Assembly (NCBI GenBank): GCA_046563655.1
Contig: CM102285.1
Coordinates: 4,092,001 to 4,156,000, forward strand
Length of the DNA stretch: 64,000 bases
Source: Yuukianura sp. NJ FZ-2021
Lineage: Eukaryota
Direction of reading: 5' to 3'
The position numbers and the translations under genes are program-made. Positions 61,072 to 64,000 of this stretch are shown here, piece after piece. The notes under the pieces are model-generated. The model had not been told where the DNA came from. It did not search any database and saw nothing but the letters and a program-made list of their open reading frames with translations. Every line of letters starts with the position of its first letter. The first letter of the stretch is position 1.

Positions 61072-64000
61072 TTTTTTTTTTTACAATAAGAATGGAGTTT
61101 ATTATTCTTCAAAATAGATTTGGTTTTTCATAATGTGACTTAAACTAACGGTTATAACTTAGAAATAGTATAACTTAAAATTACAACCTAATTTCTACAG
61201 AATTTGCGTTAATATTAATAAATTGGGCATCTGACCAAAGAAGTCTGAATTGATCAAAGTCATTTTTACTTTTAAAACTATGGAAGCTTAAAAATATATT
61301 TTGGAACAGAAATTGCTTGTATTTGCCTACAATATCGAAATCTGTCTTACCAGAATTAATATTATAGATAAATCTATTATATAAAATATATATTGCACTA
61401 AAAATTAGATAGTTAGCAAATTCATCATTACAACCAAAAGTCTTATCATAAACCTTATTCTTTGAATTTGATCTTTTTAATAATGAGTGAACATATTCCC
61501 ACAATTTTTTTGTAGATATGCACACAATTAGATGAGAGCAGGAAGTCTTTGTTTGATGGCAGTATGGGCAACTGCCGTCTGAAATTAGGCCCATATACTT
61601 TGCAATATCGAAAGAAATAATGGCATTATGCCAAAATCTCCAAATTAAAGACTTAATATGAATGGGAAGTAACTTATTTTTCAATCTTTCCCATTTCTTT
61701 GATTCAAGTTTTTGTTTATCAATTAGTGAAAGTTTCTCGTAGTGAAACAATGAGAAAAAATCGTAATATATTCGTTTTTGTTACTGAACGGTACGTAATC
61801 GTCGAGAATTGGATTAAGAGCTTTCAATTTGACCTTTTCGCCTTTTGAAGATAAATTCTGTTTGAAAACTTTTAAATTTTCCTCGAAAGTTTTAATTTCG
61901 GTTTCAAATGACCGTTTACGAAAAATCGGAACGGTTAGATCCTTAATTGAAGAAAATTCAGAAATGTACTTTATTCCAAAGGATTCTAGAAGCTTTAGTG
62001 GTCTTGGGAAAATTGCCCTATTTTGTATACAAATTTTATTTAAAAGAAATTCTGGTAATTTTTGGAAATTTAGTTTGATCTTATGGATAGCGGTACACAG
62101 TTCAGAGAAATAGTCGTCTTCGTACGAATTTTCAAAAAGTATTTTGTAAGCATCTTTTTTTGATTCTTTCAAATAATAATGATTATCTGCTGTCTGGATT
62201 AATTCTTTTAAGTGGCGAATTTGAAATATAAAGCTTTGGACCTTGGGATGTTTAATCCCAAGTCCACCAAAGGACTTCGGCAAATAAATAAAAGATTTTT
62301 TTACCCAATTTCTTTTTCGTTCCCATATATATTCACAGACAATATCTTCAAGATTTTTGACAAAATTCTCCGGAGGTTTAAGAACTTTTAAAAGGAAGTA
62401 GGTGAGTGGGAGGATAAACGTATTTAGGATCCTGGATTTTAGAAAGAGACTTGAGTTTGGGTACTTTGTTTTGAATGAATCAACTTTTAACTTAATTTTT
62501 GTTATTAAAGAGTCCCAATTATTTTCAAAATTTTCTCCAAAGACAACACCAAGGATTTTAATCCGGTTTACAACTTTAAAATTTGTTTGTATATTTAGAA
62601 CTTTCCATTTACCAAAAAATAGAACTTCCGTTTTGGAGTCTTTAATCTTTCCACCTGAAAGCTTTCCATAGTTTTCAAATTCTTGGACTACAACATCAAA
62701 CTGACTCAGTGATGATATAAAAATAGTAGTGTCGTCGGCATATGCACTGATATTAGAATTGGGATAATTAAGAAAAGGACTTGGACCAATTTTAAGTAGT
62801 TTTGCAGACAAGTTTCGAATTAAAGGCTCTAAACACAGAATATATAAAGAAGATGCAATAGGATCACCTTGTTTTACCCCTTTACCAACTGTTATCTTAT
62901 TTGTAAGTCCATTACCATAGTTTACATGAACAAAGCTGTTCTTGTAAAGTATTTTAATTGAGTTAACAAAGGTGTCAGGGAATTCATAGTATTTTAAAAT
63001 TGAAAACAAATAATCGTGGTTTATATTGTCAAATGCAGATTCTTGGTCGATTGAAAGAATTGCACCATCGTTTTTATCACAAATGTTTTCTGATAAAAAT
63101 TTTAAATTGTGAAAAATATTTCTTCCAGGGACATTGCATGTCTGAGCAGAAGAAATCAAATCATCAAGAAATTTTGAAATTCTATTTTTAAAAACAGTGG
63201 AGAAGACTTTGTAATCCGAATTTGACATAATAATTGGTCTCCAATTCGAGAGGTTCATAGGGTTATCTTTTTTATAAATCAAGGTAACAATTCCACACTT
63301 AAGAGAGTCGGGCATTTCATCGCGAAATAAACATTCGCTCCATAGCCATTCGAATATCTTGGTAAATTCAGCAACAAATTTTTGAATCAATTCACTTGAA
63401 ATCCCGTCAAGACCAGGACACGTTTCATTCTTTAGTTGTAGGATTGCAGTTTTGATTTCCTCAGGGGAAATATCTTTAGAAAAATAATCAATTTGGTCAT
63501 TATTTAATTTTGGTAAAAGTGTGAAAAAGTTCTCATCTATATTGTTTTGAACCGTATTAGATTTAAATTTTGTAGAGAAAAAATCATAAAATAATTTTGT
63601 TTTGGTTTCGTCTGAAAAATTGTTGAAAACAGAATCAACAGTGACCTCACAGTTAACGTTGAATATTTTATTTGGAGTATATTCGAATTTGTCTTCGAAA
63701 CGTTCGTTATCTGTAATCAGATCAAAGAATTTGTTATGATTATTTTTCATAAGAAACTTCATTTCATTATAATTTGAAATTTTTAAGAAATGTTTGTAAT
63801 TTAAATAGGAAATTGCGCATTTTTTCAATTTCCACTTTAAAAGTTCATAAGAGGTGAACGTCTTCACATTCAAATTTAAAAAAACATTTAATAGTTGTTT
63901 AATTTGGACGATGAAGTAATCATCATTTAATATGTAATTTGGAAATTTCCAGATTCGAAAAGAATTTTGGTGTAGAAAATTAAATTTTGTACAAATCATT
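61072..64000 (-). mobile_element. Non-LTR retrotransposon, L1/Tx1-like ORF2 (RT plus C-terminal zinc finger), 5' part outside the window
   Basis: CPGLDG, NWRPI, DQESAFD, GVKQGDP, YADD, ILG, GGLG motifs; C-terminal CPYC...H..C; one frameshift near 61740; AATAAA and a poly(A) tail at 61072-61082. Confidence 0.92.

Noticed and set aside
554-63191. Numerous short antisense or overlapping ORFs in the track
   Set aside because: Shadows of real exons or TE sequence with no independent coding signal.

Overview
AT-rich, intron-containing eukaryotic genomic DNA, almost certainly arthropod (ZAD-like domains, divergent ionotropic and gustatory receptors, DINE-1-like element, TTAGG cores); a springtail-like hexapod is a guess. 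All exon structures below were spliced by hand from GT/AG sites and reading frame. No database searches were run, so family assignments rest on motifs recognised by eye. 1-27.5 kb is a tandemly duplicated block: a C2H2 zinc-finger gene and a pseudogene copy, three 8-exon genes fusing a ZAD-like zinc domain to a piggyBac transposase with an intact DDD triad, and two divergent ionotropic-receptor-like genes. 28-42 kb holds three copies (one intact) of a gene fusing a signal peptide and a ~480-aa leucine-rich ectodomain to an FMRFamide-receptor-like 7TM, plus gustatory-receptor-like pseudogenes and a small Cys-rich secreted peptide gene. 43-64 kb holds Set2/SETD2 with a run of nine symmetric N-terminal exons, a core-only Pol eta-like Y-family polymerase with Ala at the apparent steric gate, a third IR-like gene and the 3' part of an L1/Tx1-type LINE. 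Many non-autonomous TEs are scattered throughout. The best candidates for new biology are the ZAD-piggyBac fusion family, the LRR-peptide-GPCR fusion and the steric-gate-less polymerase.
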